DNA of 64,000 nt from Callorhinchus milii. Its lineage: Eukaryota. Position numbers and translations under genes: made by a program. Positions 1 through 12,009 of the stretch are shown one piece after another. The stretch is from positions 7,752,001-7,816,000 of the forward strand of contig NW_024704742.1 in assembly GCF_018977255.1 (NCBI RefSeq), written 5' to 3'. The notes under the pieces were generated by a model. The model saw nothing but the letters and a program-made list of their open reading frames with translations. It was not told the origin of the DNA and searched no databases. Numbering within the stretch: the first letter of the stretch is position 1; every line of letters begins with the position of its first letter.

Positions 1-143
1 ACTAGAAATGTCCAAATCGTAAGAAAACACCTAAAAACACGTTCTTGTTTTTTCTCCCCCCCCATAAAAATAGGACAAGAGGTAACTCTGCAGATCGTTA
101 ACCAAAAGGCATTAACGAAATCCGCAAAATACCAAGTTGGGTG

Positions 144-211
144 GAGGGAGGGAGGGAGGGAGGGAGGGAAGGAGGGAGGGAGGGAGGGAGGGAGGGAAGG
201 AGGGAGGGAAG
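144..211. repeat. (GGGA)n purine tract
   Basis: Directly visible. Confidence 0.95.
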
Positions 212-340
212 GAAAAGACATAGACATCGATTTTTGAATTGAATCCAAAGCAAAGGGAGAGAAGCTGTCAATGCACTGAATGAAATGAACATCGATTTGT
301 TTCAGGAAACTGAATCCGTAGTTTAGGTTAAAGAAAAAAA

Positions 341-1440
341 ACACAAACACAGACACACACACACAGAGACACACACACACAGACACACACACACACACAC
401 ACAGACACACACACAGACACACACACACACACAGACATACACAGAGACACACACACACACACACAGAGACACACACACACATAGAGACACACACACACAC
501 AGACACACACACACAGACACACACAGAGATGCACAGACACACACACACACAGACACACACACACACAGACAGAGACACACACACAGACAGAGACACACAG
601 ACAGAGACACACACACACACACAGACACACACACACACAGACAGAGACACACACACACACAGACACACACACACAGACACACACAGACACAGATACACAC
701 AGACAGAGACACAGACACACACACAGACAGACAGACACACAGACAGAGACACGAACACAGAGACGCAAACACAGACACAGAGACAAACACACACAGAGAC
801 ACACAGACAAACACACACAGACACAGAGACAAACACACATTGACACAGAGACACACAGACAAACACACACAGATAGATAGATACACACACACAGAGACAC
901 ACACACAGAGATAGATACACACACACAGAGACACACACACAGAGATAGATACACACACACAGAGACACACACACAGACACAGACACACACACAGACAGAC
1001 ACACAGACAGAGACACGAACACAGAGACGCAAACACAGACACAGAGACAAACACACACAGAGACACACAGACACACACACAGAGACACAGAGACAAACAC
1101 ACACAGACACACACACAGAGACACACACACAGATAGATACACACACACACACACACACACAGATAGGACTAATACACACACACACACACACAGATAGATA
1201 CACACACACAGACACAGACACACAGACACACACACAGACACACACACACACAGACACACACACACAGACACAGAGACAAACACACACACAGATAGATACA
1301 CACACACACAGAGATAGATACACACACACAGAGACACACACAGACACACACACAGACACACACAGACACACAGACAGACCCACAGACACACACACAGACA
1401 CAGACACACAGACACACAGACACACAGACACACAGACAGA
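341..1440. repeat. ~1.1 kb degenerate (CA)n/(CAGA)n microsatellite
   Basis: Directly visible; produces the spurious CV-rich ORFs. Confidence 0.97.
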
Positions 1441-1786
1441 GCCCAAGTGAAATATGTTGTTTTTTTTGACACCAAAAGCCAAACCAAATATAAATAGCAA
1501 TCACCAAAGGAAGTAAATGAAATAAAAGGTCGGGATTCTCACCATCACCGAATCCCACAGAGTTTTTTTTTGGTGCTTTTTTAAAAAGTCAAATATATAT
1601 ATATATATATAATATAATATATATATATATATATGGTCTGAAACAGAAACTGACAGAAAAAAACTGCAGAGTCCCAATGTATCACTGGTCAGTGTTACAC
1701 TGTAGCTGTTCTGTGTAACACTGTAGCTGTCAGAGGGCACAAGCACTCACTCTCCCCCCCCCCTTTCTCCCCCTTTTCCCCCTTTT

Positions 1787-2836
1787 TTGGGGTGTGGGGG
1801 GTATGTGTGGGGGTGTGGGGGTATGTGTGGGGGTGTGGGGGGTATGTGTGGGGGTGTGGGGGTATGTGTGGGGGTATGTGTGGGGGTGTGGGGGTATGTG
1901 TGTGGGTGTGGGGGTATGTGTGGGGGTGTGGGGGTATGTGTGGGGGTGTGGGGGGTATGTGTGGGGGTGTGGGGGTATGTGTGGGGGTGTGGGGGTATGT
2001 GTGGGGGTGTGGGGGTGTGGGGGTATGTGTGGGGGTGTGGGGGTATGTGTGGGGTGTGGGGGGTATGTGTGGGGGTGTGGGGGTATGTGTGGGGTGTGGG
2101 GGGTATGTGTGGGGGTGTGGGGGTATGTGTGGGGGTGTGGGGTATGTGTGGGGGTGTGGGGTGTGGGGGTATGTGTGGGGGTGTGGGGTATGTGTGGGGG
2201 TGTGGGGGTATGTGTGGGGGTGTGGGGGTATGTGTGGGGGTGTGGGGGGTATGTGGGGGTGGGGGGTATGTGTGGGGGTGTGGGGGGTATGTGTGGGGGT
2301 GTGGGGGTGTGGGGGTGTGGGGGTGTGGGGGGTATGTGTGGGGGTGTGGGGGGTATGTGTGGGGGTGTGGGGGGGTGTGGGGGTGTGGGGGTATGTGTGG
2401 GTGTGGGGGTGTGGGGGGTATGTGTGGGGGTGTGGGGGTATGTGTGGGGGTGTGGGGGTGTGGGGGGGGGGGTATGTGGGGGTGTGGGGGTGTGGGGGGT
2501 ATGTGTGGGGGTATGTGTGGGGGTGTGGGGGGTATGTGTGGGGGTATGTGTGGGGGTGTGGGGGGTATGTGTGGGGGTGTGGGGGTAGTGGGGGGTGTGG
2601 GGTGTGGGGGTATGTGTGGGGGTGTGGGGGGTGTGGGGGGTATGTGTGGGGGTGTGGGGGGTATGTGTGGGGGTGTGGGGGTGTGGGGGGTATGTGTGGG
2701 GGTGTGGGGGGTATGTGTGGGGGGTGTGGGGGGTATGTGTGGGGGTGAGGGGGGTATGTGTGGGGGTGTGGGGGGTATGTGTGGGGGTGTGGGGGTGTGG
2801 GGGTATGTGTGGGGGTGTGGGGGTGTGGGGGGGGGA
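1787..2836. repeat. ~1.05 kb G-rich minisatellite (GGGGGTATGTGT / GGGGGTGT units)
   Basis: Directly visible; G4-6 runs every 8-12 nt. Confidence 0.97.
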
Positions 2837-2957
2837 AGGGCTTTGGTCATTTTTCTTTTAGTAAAATACAAACAGTCACTCACAGGCAAAACAAAAGCTG
2901 GAAAGTCCATTTGCTGATGACTGTCACTGTCCCTGTGCTCTCTCTTGTCAGGAGGGA

Positions 2958-3681
2958 CACTCACACTCTCTCACTCACTCACTCACTCACTCACTCCCTC
3001 CCTCCCTCACACCCTCCCTCACTCACTCTCTCCCTCACACCCTCCCTCACTCCCTCCCTCCCTCACACCCTCCCTCACTCACTCTCTCCCTCACTCCCTC
3101 CCTCACTCACTCACTCACTCACATCCTCACACCCTCACTCCCTCCCTCACTCACTCCTTCCCTCCCTCACTCTCTCCCTCCCTCACACCCTCACTCCCTC
3201 CCTCACTCACTCACTCCTTCCCTCCCTCACTCCCTCCCTCCCTCACTCCCTCACTCCCTCCCTCACTCACTCCCTCACACCCTCACTCCCTCCCTCACTC
3301 ACTCCCTCCCTCTCTCCCTCACTCACTCCTTCCCTCCCTCCCTCACTCACTCACTCACTCCCTCACTCCCTCACTCCCTCACTCCCTCCCTCACTCACTC
3401 CCTCACACCCTCACTCCCTCCCTCACTCACTCCTTCCCTCACTCCCTCACTCACTCCTTCCCTCCCTCCCTCACTCACTCCTTCCCTCCCTCACTCCTCC
3501 TCCCTCACACCCTCACTCCCTCCCTCACTCACTCCCTCACACCCTCACTCCCTCCCTCACTCACTCCTTCCCTCTCTCCCTCACTCACTCCTTCCCTCCC
3601 TCCCTCACTCACTCCTTCCCTCTCTCCCTCACTCACTCCTTCCCTCCCTCCCTCACTCACTCCTTCCCTCCCTCCCTCACT
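2958..3681. repeat. ~720 bp C/T-rich (CCCT/CACT) low-complexity repeat
   Basis: Directly visible; essentially no G on the + strand. Confidence 0.97.
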
Positions 3682-4334
3682 CTGGGCTGATCACATTCTC
3701 TCCCTTTTTTTTCTGTTGCTATAAACTGTTATTCCTTACATATACACACACACACATATATATAATATAATATACATTTAAACTGTTTGCATGTCTGGCA
3801 CCGGTATCTTCTGCCAACGACGTTTCCTTTGGGTTTTTTTTTCCCCCCCTTTTAGGGGGTGTCTTTCTGAAGTTTATTTGGGGGTAATGACTTCTGAAGT
3901 CGAATCGAAAAAAAAGGTGGACGGAATTTGGAAATCGTGGAGATTATTGGTGTTTGCTGATTTATTGACTTATTTATTTACTTATTTATGCATTTATTTA
4001 TTTACTTATTGATGCATTTATTTCTTTACTTATTGATGCATTTATTTCTTTTATTAATCAAAGGATCGATTTGAATTCCACGCGTATCCTTAAGCTTTAA
4101 AAAGCTGTCGAGAGACAGTCAGTATCACGAGAGACATACATCGATGTGTATATTCTTATATATCTCTACACGTGCATATATAAACATATATATAATATAT
4201 ATATAATCTATAAACAGCCCAAACGAAGTAGTTTGCAAAAAGCAAACACAAAAAAAACGCCTAGAAATTGCAAAAGGAAGCAAATCAAATAAACCGTGGG
4301 GGTCTGCACCCTGATCTCCCCTTTCCCCCCCTTC

Positions 4335-4338
<4 letters not shown>

Positions 4339-4378
<40 letters not shown>

Positions 4379-4595
4379 CCTTGCATTTGATATAGCGCTT
4401 TTCACGTCGGGAGGAGGTCCCAAAGCGCTTCACAGAACACACTGTAAAGTGAATTGACTGTATATTTGTGGGCGAAACGCGGCGGCCGATTGCGCACAGC
4501 GGTGTCCCACAGACAGTCGTGGATTGAAAATGACCGATTCATTATTGCTTCGGGGGGTTTTTTTTTGGAGGGATTATTGTGAGGCTCTGTGTGGA
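4339..4595 (-). mobile_element. SINE, young subfamily, head missing, GC-shifted copy
   Basis: (TAA)n tail and body match the copy at 53181-53499. Confidence 0.9.
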
Positions 4596-4699
4596 GCTGT
4601 GGAGAGAGACGGTCGGCATCACGAGAGATGTACGGTCTGCGGTGTACGTTATATAATATACAATATGTACAGTAATAGTTCAAATAAATTGTTTGTTAC

Positions 4700-4802
4700 C
4701 TTGGTTTGGAGGAGCAGCCCTGCACAGCAGACAGGAGAGGCACACACAAGTCCACAGCAGTGGCTCCTGAGGAGCTGAGGGTCTCTGTCCCCAATAAGCC
4801 AT
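4700..4802 (-). CDS. First coding exon (signal peptide) of a secreted/type I membrane protein, most like an ephrin type-A receptor (EphA5-like); gene continues left of the window
   Basis: Strong Kozak ccagacATGG; 34 codons + 1 nt (MAYWGQRPSAPQEPLLWTCVCLSCLLCRAAPPNQ+G) ending at donor CAAG|gtaaca. Hydrophobic core followed by a small-residue cleavage site. PLLWTC...PPNQ|V with a phase-1 intron parallels recalled EphA5 exon 1 (PLWTCLLLCAAL...SPSNE|V). EphA exon 2 (VNLLDS-type) was not seen in 1-4699. Exon confidence ~0.75, family assignment ~0.45. Confidence 0.65.
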
Positions 4803-4819
4803 GTCTGGGGTGGGGAGGG

Positions 4820-5869
4820 CTCTGTCTCTGTCTGTCTCTGTCTGTCTGTCTGTCTGTCTGTCTCTGTCTCTGTCTGTCTCTGGCTGTGTCCCTCTCTCTC
4901 TCTCTCTCACTCTCTCTCTCTCTCAGGCTGACAGGGAGTGAGTGGCTGGGATGGCTGTGGTGCTGAGAGGCAGGAGGGGAGGGGAGGGGAGGGGAGGGAG
5001 GGATGGAGGGATGGAGGGGGAGGGTGTCAGGGTGGGAGGTTGTACAGGGAGAGAGGCAGCTCCGGAGTCTGTTCTGGAGGGAGAGAGTGAGACTGAGAGA
5101 GAGACACTGAGAGAGAGACACAGAGAGAGAGAGAGACTGAGACTGAGAGAGAGACACAGAGAGAGACTGAGAGAGAGACAGAGAGTGACAGAGAGAGAGA
5201 CACACACAGAGAGACTGAGAGAGAGACACAGAGAGAGAGAGAGAGAGAGACAGAGAGAGAGTGAGACAGAGAGAGATACAGAGAGTGACAGAGAGAGAGA
5301 GAGAGAGAGACAGAGAGAGAGTGAGACTGAGAGAGAGACTGAGAGAGAGAGAGAGAGAGAAAGACTAAGAGAGTGACAGAGAGAGAGACATAGAGAGACT
5401 GAGAGAGAGAGACTGAGAGAGTGACAGAGAGAGAGAGACTGAGAGAGACAGAGAGAGAGAGACAGAGAGTGACAGAGCGAGTGATGGAGAGACACAGAGA
5501 GACTGAGAGAGTGACAGAGAGAGTTACAGAGAGAGACTGAGAGAGAGACACTGAGAGAGTGACAGAGAGAGAGACTGAGAGAGTGACAGAGAGAGTGATA
5601 GAGAGAGAGAGACACACAGAGAGAGACTGAGAGTTACAAAGAGAGAGAGACGGAGACACACAGACAAATATTGAGAGACAGAGAGAGAGAGAGAGAGAGA
5701 CAGACGAGTGCTCTCACACACACAGAGAGAGAGAGAGCAATAAAGAGAGGTGCGCACCCTCAAACCCACAGCCCAGGACAGAGAGAGAGAGAGAGAGAGC
5801 ACAGTGGGGGGGGGGGGGGGGGGGGGTTGGTGTGTTTATGCACACACTGGCAATGTCAAACCTCAATCC

Positions 5870-5906
<37 letters not shown>

Positions 5907-5976
5907 CTGCAGGTTTGGATGCTGTCTGTGAGTTGTGTGTGTGTGTGAGAGAGAGAGAAGGAGAGAGAGAGAGAGA

Positions 5977-6006
<30 letters not shown>
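4820..6006. repeat. (TCTG)n/(TC)n, GGGGA and ~0.9 kb degenerate (GA)n tracts upstream of the ATG
   Basis: Directly visible, with short unique interruptions. Confidence 0.95.
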
Positions 6007-6010
<4 letters not shown>

Positions 6011-6229
6011 CCTCTCCACTCCTACACACTGAGAGCCAGAGAGGGAAGCCACAGCCTGGCCCCACAAGCCCATCAATCAAAGGCACCAGCATGCAGGGGG
6101 TGGGGGGGTGGGGGGGGGGGCACTGCTACTGCCAGCCAAGCCAAGCCAAGCCAAGCCAGTCAACCAACCACCCTGCCCTGCCCTGCCCTGCCCTGTCTGC
6201 CCACTGACAGACAGACACAGACTGACAGA

Positions 6230-6830
6230 CAGGCGAAGATCACACAAGACCGTAAGAAACTCAAGACGCGCCCCCCCCCCCCAACCCCAAAAAAAGACCA
6301 CCCCGTCTCCGCCTTCGACCCGCCCGGGGGGGGGGGGTGGGGGGGTGGGGGGGGGGTCGCCCGCACGTATACGTCTCGAACCACCCGCGCCGCGTATCCC
6401 ACAAGAACGTAAGCCACGAGCGAGAGGCTGTGGGGGCGCTACCCCAGCGTGAAGGGTAAGACACAAATGCGAGTTGTCGTCGTTGTTGTCGTCGTTGTTG
6501 TCATTGTTGTTGTTGAGGTGGGACTTGACCGACTCCCAGGCTCTGTGCAACGCGGGGCTATCCCCTGGCCCGGCCTGGCCCGGCCTGGCAGGCGTCAGCT
6601 GGGACACTTTTAGCTGCGCTGTATCGATATTCCTGGCCTGATATTAAACGGACGGGCAAGTTTCCCCACCAAGCAAAGGCGTTGTCGCAGTCGAGCGTTT
6701 CCGGGTTCGTAACTTTCCGCCGACGATTTTTTTCTTGAACTTTTTTTCAAAAAAAAGGAGACTTTTTTTTTCGAGCTTTAAAGTTTATCGTCGGCAGATT
6801 GTCGGACCGACCTGGGGAGATTTGGAAATT
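6230..6830. promoter_or_regulatory. CpG island / likely promoter of the minus-strand receptor gene
   Basis: Dense CpGs (cgcgccgcg, ggcccggcct x2, gtcgagcg) in an otherwise CpG-depleted window, 1.4-2 kb upstream of the ATG at 4802. Confidence 0.65.
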
Positions 6831-6892
6831 GTGGAGTGTTTTTTTTTTGAGCTTTAAAAAGATCTTTGCAATGCTGGGACATAGTCAACGTT

Positions 6893-7150
6893 ACGACAAC
6901 AACAACGACGACGACGATGACAAATTGCATTTGTATGGTACCTTTCACGTCAAGAGGATGTCCCAAGGCGAGGAACTGTCGAGGATATCCACCCGAGTTG
7001 GGGGTTGGAATCGAGAGAGGGTGGAGAGCAAGGTGGGGGTTGGGGAGGGGGGAGGCGCGGTCAAAGAGGAAGGTCTTGAGACGGACCTTAAAGGAGGCAA
7101 GGGAAGGGGCGAGGCAAAGGAACCCCATGATGGATTTCCAGTGGGGTGCA
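6893..7150 (-). mobile_element. L2 LINE 3' fragment
   Basis: Minus strand encodes APSLASFKVRLKTFLF (L2 ORF2 C-terminus), followed by the L2 3' stem and a (TTG/TCG)n tail. Confidence 0.85.
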
Positions 7151-8954
7151 GAAACGCTGATTATTATTATTATTATAGACAAAATTACGGCCAACAGCAG
7201 CATCAGCACACTGAAGCCATGAGATCACTCTTTCCTCCGCCCACAGGGGTCAGGATAGCTCATCGGATTCAAAAAAAAAAGCTTCACAAAGAGAAAAACA
7301 AAGAGCAAAGTTATCGATCATATCCATAACCTTGCATCACACAAACACAGGGAGAATGTAATCGGTCGGAAGAGAAATGGAGCAGATGGAACACAATTAA
7401 AAATATTGTTGGTAGAGTTTCATGTTGAAGATCACCTTTGCACCATGTTGCTTTATCACCCAAGTCCTGAGGTCATCCTCAGCAGTGAGCTGGATATCAA
7501 TATTGCACTTTGTCCCTTCAGGAATCCTCTGCATTCGCTTCTCTCGAATCTTCACAGGGATAAGGAAGACGTAGGAAACACATAAGGCGACAAGGCAATC
7601 AAGGGGTTCACACAATGCCATGAACCATGCAAGTGAAGCTTGAGTTTTCATTTACGTTACTTCCATCCGGCTTAACCTTAAGTCCCTCTTATGTGATTGT
7701 AGCTCTTCTCTATAATGTATGTGGATTTGAATAGTATTCCGAGGATTTGATTGGGAAGGTCTGTGCCCACAGGACTTGTATTTCACACTTAGAAAATCAG
7801 ATATCGTTTTCACACATTGTAAAATGCATTTATTGGTCAATGTGCAGTATTCCAGAATTCATTTAAACGTAAGCTTCTGGTCCGTTTGTGTGCTGTGTAC
7901 CTATGGAATAAACTGAATACACCATAAGTCACATGGAAATGGTAAGGTTATCTCACACAAGGGATATGATTTGAGCTTCTAATACAATTTTAATGGAGTC
8001 TTAGCTGATATCAAGTGTTTAGCATCACAAAAGGTTCAAAATTACTGGATTAATGACATAAGATGTGCTGAATGGCCGACAGTGAATTAAAAAAAAATCA
8101 ATCCAAATCAAGTGGCAATGTGGTAAATTATGAGATTCAGAGATAAGAGACTTTCAGCCTTTTGTCACAGATAACATGAAGGACAGCAAGTTCAGTTCAT
8201 CAAAGCCCACAGTGTGGTATGTATGTGGTATGAAAAGTTACTGATTTGAACTTTTATGTAACTTCACAAGTCAGCAGGATGTTGTTTTTTTATCCTTTAT
8301 ATGTGACGAGGTTGAAAGGTATGTGACCAAGTGACATTTAATATAAGGAAGCCTGGAATGAACTCATCAAACTATTCAGTTCCAACCATTCTTTTATGCA
8401 AAGCAAGTACAGTGCAACTGGAACAATGAAGCCAAATCATCATTTCCTGGTGTTGTGTCCACCTAATTGTAGATTCACACTGAGATCTTTGTTGAGTGCT
8501 GTCAGAGAGTGTATCATATAAGCTTTTGTGATGTTATCGAATGCAAGACGTTGACAGCACGACTAATGGGTGATTGTTCTGAGGTTATATTTTGCCAAAA
8601 GGTTCCAGGTACGTTGTATACATTACGTTTTACAGGGAATAAAAGATGCCTGGAGCAATTGCAGGGCTGTAATTAACTGATAAGATTTGTCAGTTCCTGC
8701 GCCAACTCTGCACTCTATGTCGCTGACTATGAAAGCCCAGAATTCTTCCAATTGTTTCTTTAAATTAAATATTTATTTTCCTTCCACTTCCTGTGGGTGC
8801 TTAGCCTTTGGGACATATCGTATCCGGCTGAGATAGTACGCTGGTTATCTCCTCCGAGCATTCAGGCAATGCGACTCCATCAGCAAGACCTTACGGGTCC
8901 AAGAAAGTGATTGCCTTTTGGGTGGCAACTCTCTATAATTCTACTCCACACAAT

Positions 8955-8968
8955 TGCTGACGTCAGCT
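8955..8968. promoter_or_regulatory. Full CRE (TGACGTCA) in a C-MARE-like palindrome TGCTGACGTCAGCT
   Basis: Motif visible; function untested. Confidence 0.4.
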
Positions 8969-9044
8969 TGGAATCTCCCCACATATCAGTTTTTCCCCCC
9001 GAAGCAATTGGCTCCATCAAAAAATATATCTTTGTACAACAAGG

Positions 9045-9410
9045 TTATGGGTAGATGCATAGAAATTAGTACTATCCTTCCTCTCCGAGAGCTTGGGTTG
9101 AAATCCAGCTCAGAGCAACGGGATTAAAAGTCACGAATCCTCTGGACTAACGATACGACTCCAAGGTCAAATGAGTTCTGGAGGTAGTTTCAAACCTAGT
9201 TTTGAGTGAGCATGAGACTACAGAAAAGTATGCTATTGAGAGGCTATAATAACATCTACTGTATTATAGTGGATCTACTGGAGACATATCCCAGGCTTGC
9301 CTCTCTGATTGGGAATGAGACACATTCATTGGGCAGAATAGAACAAGCCATAGTTTTCATCTAAATAACCATCTGTACCTGGCCTGGGAGTGCTTGATGC
9401 AGAAATTTAC
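9045..9410 (+). mobile_element. Ancient LF-SINE-related element (degenerate)
   Basis: Colinear blocks gggttgaaatccagctcag, gtcaaatgagtt, tgagacacatt...gggcag and ctgtacctg match recalled LF-SINE motifs (GGTTCAAATCCAGCCCAG, GTGAAATGAGTT, TGAGGCACATT..GGGCAG, CTGTACCTG). Confidence 0.55.
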
Positions 9411-9858
9411 TGCTTGACCCGGGAAAATGTGCCATTGCCTATAAGTAACATCCTGCACATTTATTAGAATCAGGGGAGCAGAGGTTACAGACAACGGAAT
9501 AAGGTTGAAAGAGGTTAATAGGTAGATAGGGGGGAAGAATATGATGGGATATGAAGTGCAGAACAAGGATCGTAAAGTCATCACGTGGGATATTGATATG
9601 AAAGTGCTCAGCTGATATCTTCCAGTTTCATAAAATAATGTTTCTAATCGTAATTAACAATGGAATGACTTGTAGATACTAGCGAATGAGTTCTTGAAGT
9701 GGTTTCACTATGTTGGCTTCACTACTGTGTGAATTCCCCTCTTTATATTACAGGTCGGTTTACGGCAGCTCAATTTAAAAGCAACTGCTCATATGTCGAT
9801 TTACACTTGAACAACTGCTTAAAAGTTGTTCTTTGCCAACATGTACTTGGCAACTGAA

Positions 9859-9872
9859 CACTGACGTCAGTG
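9859..9872. promoter_or_regulatory. Full CRE within the perfect 14-bp palindrome CACTGACGTCAGTG
   Basis: Motif visible; function untested. Confidence 0.4.
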
Positions 9873-10190
9873 CTGGTGGGCACTCAGTAACTGGGGAGTC
9901 ACATGAAGTTGAATGATAGCAAAACTGCTTCATTGCCAATGTGGAGGTGGGCAGGAGCCTGTCTGGACTGTGTTGATACTGAAATATTTCTTTTGGCTTG
10001 TGAATTTATGATTATGATTTGTATGTATCCACATCACGAGGTCTGCGTTACAGATATCACTCGTGTTGGCATGTGCACTATAGCAGACTGGAGAGCATGA
10101 GAAGCCAAATTTCATTACTCATTGAAAGATTGGCTCTGAACAGTGAATTCCTGCATATTATCATGATGTACTCATATCATATAAATTATG

Positions 10191-10490
10191 ATAATAATAA
10201 TCCTTGCGATATAGTGCCTTATCACGTCTTCGAGACATCTCAAAGCACTTCACAGAATATACTGTGAAGTGAATTGACTGCATACCCAATTATTATTATT
10301 TTTTTTGAAGGGATTATTAACCCCGGAAAAGCGATCCGCCAATTACATAACAACTGGGTTCCTACTTACTGCTAGGTAAACAGAGGTTTGTGGAGTAAGG
10401 AAACTTCCCCATTGATTTACCCTACCCAGGAATTGAGGCCAGCTCCTCACTTGTGAGGCGAGTGCTCTAACCACAAAGCTACAAGTCTCT
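10191..10490 (-). mobile_element. SINE, older subfamily, internally deleted
   Basis: Tail, CORE-like block and tRNA head recognisable. Confidence 0.85.
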
Positions 10491-10811
10491 GTGTTTTCTT
10501 CAACACAATACTCTTGTCCCACCTAAATCTGGATAAAAGCAGGCACACTAAGGTCTGTACCCCATGCTCTTCAGTTGGAATCCTCAGCCTCTGCATCTTC
10601 ACCCATCATCACTCTCCAATCGTGCTCCTGTAACAGTGCAAAATGTCTTGCTCAACAACTATGTTTCAATGCTGTAATGGGAAAGCAATAGGGTAAGGAC
10701 AGTTTAAGGATGAGATCAACGGGCCTTCTTAAACTTCACCTCTTTTGGCCAATGTAGACATCTCCAAACTGATGTTTTCTTTAAGTGTTGCTATTACGAC
10801 GAGTGCATTGC

Positions 10812-10993
10812 AAAAAAAAATAATAATTTGGTCACTTCAATCCACGACAGTTTGTGGGATACAACTGTTCACAATCGGCTGCCACGTTTCGCCCACAAAA
10901 TATACAGTCAATTCACTTTACAGTATATTCTGTGAAATGCTTTGAGACGTGATAAGGTGCAATATCAAATGCAAGGATTATTATTATTATTAT
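10812..10993 (+). mobile_element. SINE 3' half
   Basis: Deu-type body and caaatgcaaggattatt tail. Confidence 0.88.
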
Positions 10994-11512
10994 AGTGTGC
11001 TATTTGGTATATAGTTGCTAGATGAATGGATGCCTTCTTCAACCATGGAGTACTAATCACACAATGCCAGAATGAAAAGTACATGCCAGAGGACTCTCTC
11101 CTGTTTCAACATTTGCATCTCCTTTTCCGATTTTCCCTCCGGAATAACTCCTGCATTGAATCCTAGCGGTGTCAGTATTTTCCAGGCTGGAGATCAATCA
11201 TCTTCCACGCTCTTTGGTTGAGTACAAGGTTGCCTTTGAACATGAGAGCAGGGATGTGTTAATGCAACATGATATAACCCACCGAAAATTCTTACTCTAA
11301 TAAATTAACACTCCCATTATTCCATGTTCATTGAAATGTGCCTGCCCTGCTGTTTTTTAGAATGATTACTTTGTAGAAAAACTAATGCTCACATTTCACT
11401 GTCAAAGCACAGGTGCTTAGCAGACAGTATTTACAATCTTCTTTCTGCTGTACTGTACACATGTGTCCTGGGGTCACATTTTACACCAATGACAATCTTG
11501 TACTTCAGCATT

Positions 11513-11890
11513 GTGGAGTCTTATAGCTCTGTGGTTAGAGCCCTCGCCTCACAAGCGAGAGACCTGGGTTCGATTCCTGGCAGGACAAAATGTTGGGCAA
11601 GTTTCCTTACTCCATACGCCTCTGCTTGCCTAGCAGTAAGTAAGAACCCGGTTGTTAGTCGATTGGCGGATCATTTTTCCGGGGGTAATAATTCCTTCAA
11701 AATAAAACTAATAATAATAAATTGGCCACTTCAATCCACAACTGTTTGTGGAACGCTGCTGTGCGCAATTGGCTGCTGCATTTTGCCCACAAAATATTCA
11801 GTCAATTCACTTTACGTTATATTCTGTGAAGCGCTTTGAGACGTCTCGAAGATGTGATAAGGCGCTATATCAAATGTAAAGATTATTATT
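11513..11890 (+). mobile_element. Full-length SINE, older (long-CORE) subfamily
   Basis: tRNA head with A/B boxes (tagctctgtggttagagc, ggttcgattcc), body and (ATT)n tail. Confidence 0.92.
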
Positions 11891-12009
11891 GTGTTCAACT
11901 TGTGCAGGTTTTACGAGACCTCACCTATAGGGTCTCCAAATCTAAGATATATTGACTGGGTGGTAACTTCCTTCCAGACCCTATCGGCCAGACCTCATCT
12001 AGGAAATTA

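Noticed and set aside
4078..4100. 19/23 match to mature miR-137 on the minus strand
   Set aside because: Two mismatches fall in the seed and there is no 5' arm or hairpin; probably chance.
323..6100. Long ORFs of 200-405 aa (CV-, PH-, GV-, SL- and RE-rich)
   Set aside because: Translations of stop-poor simple repeats, open in several frames on both strands.
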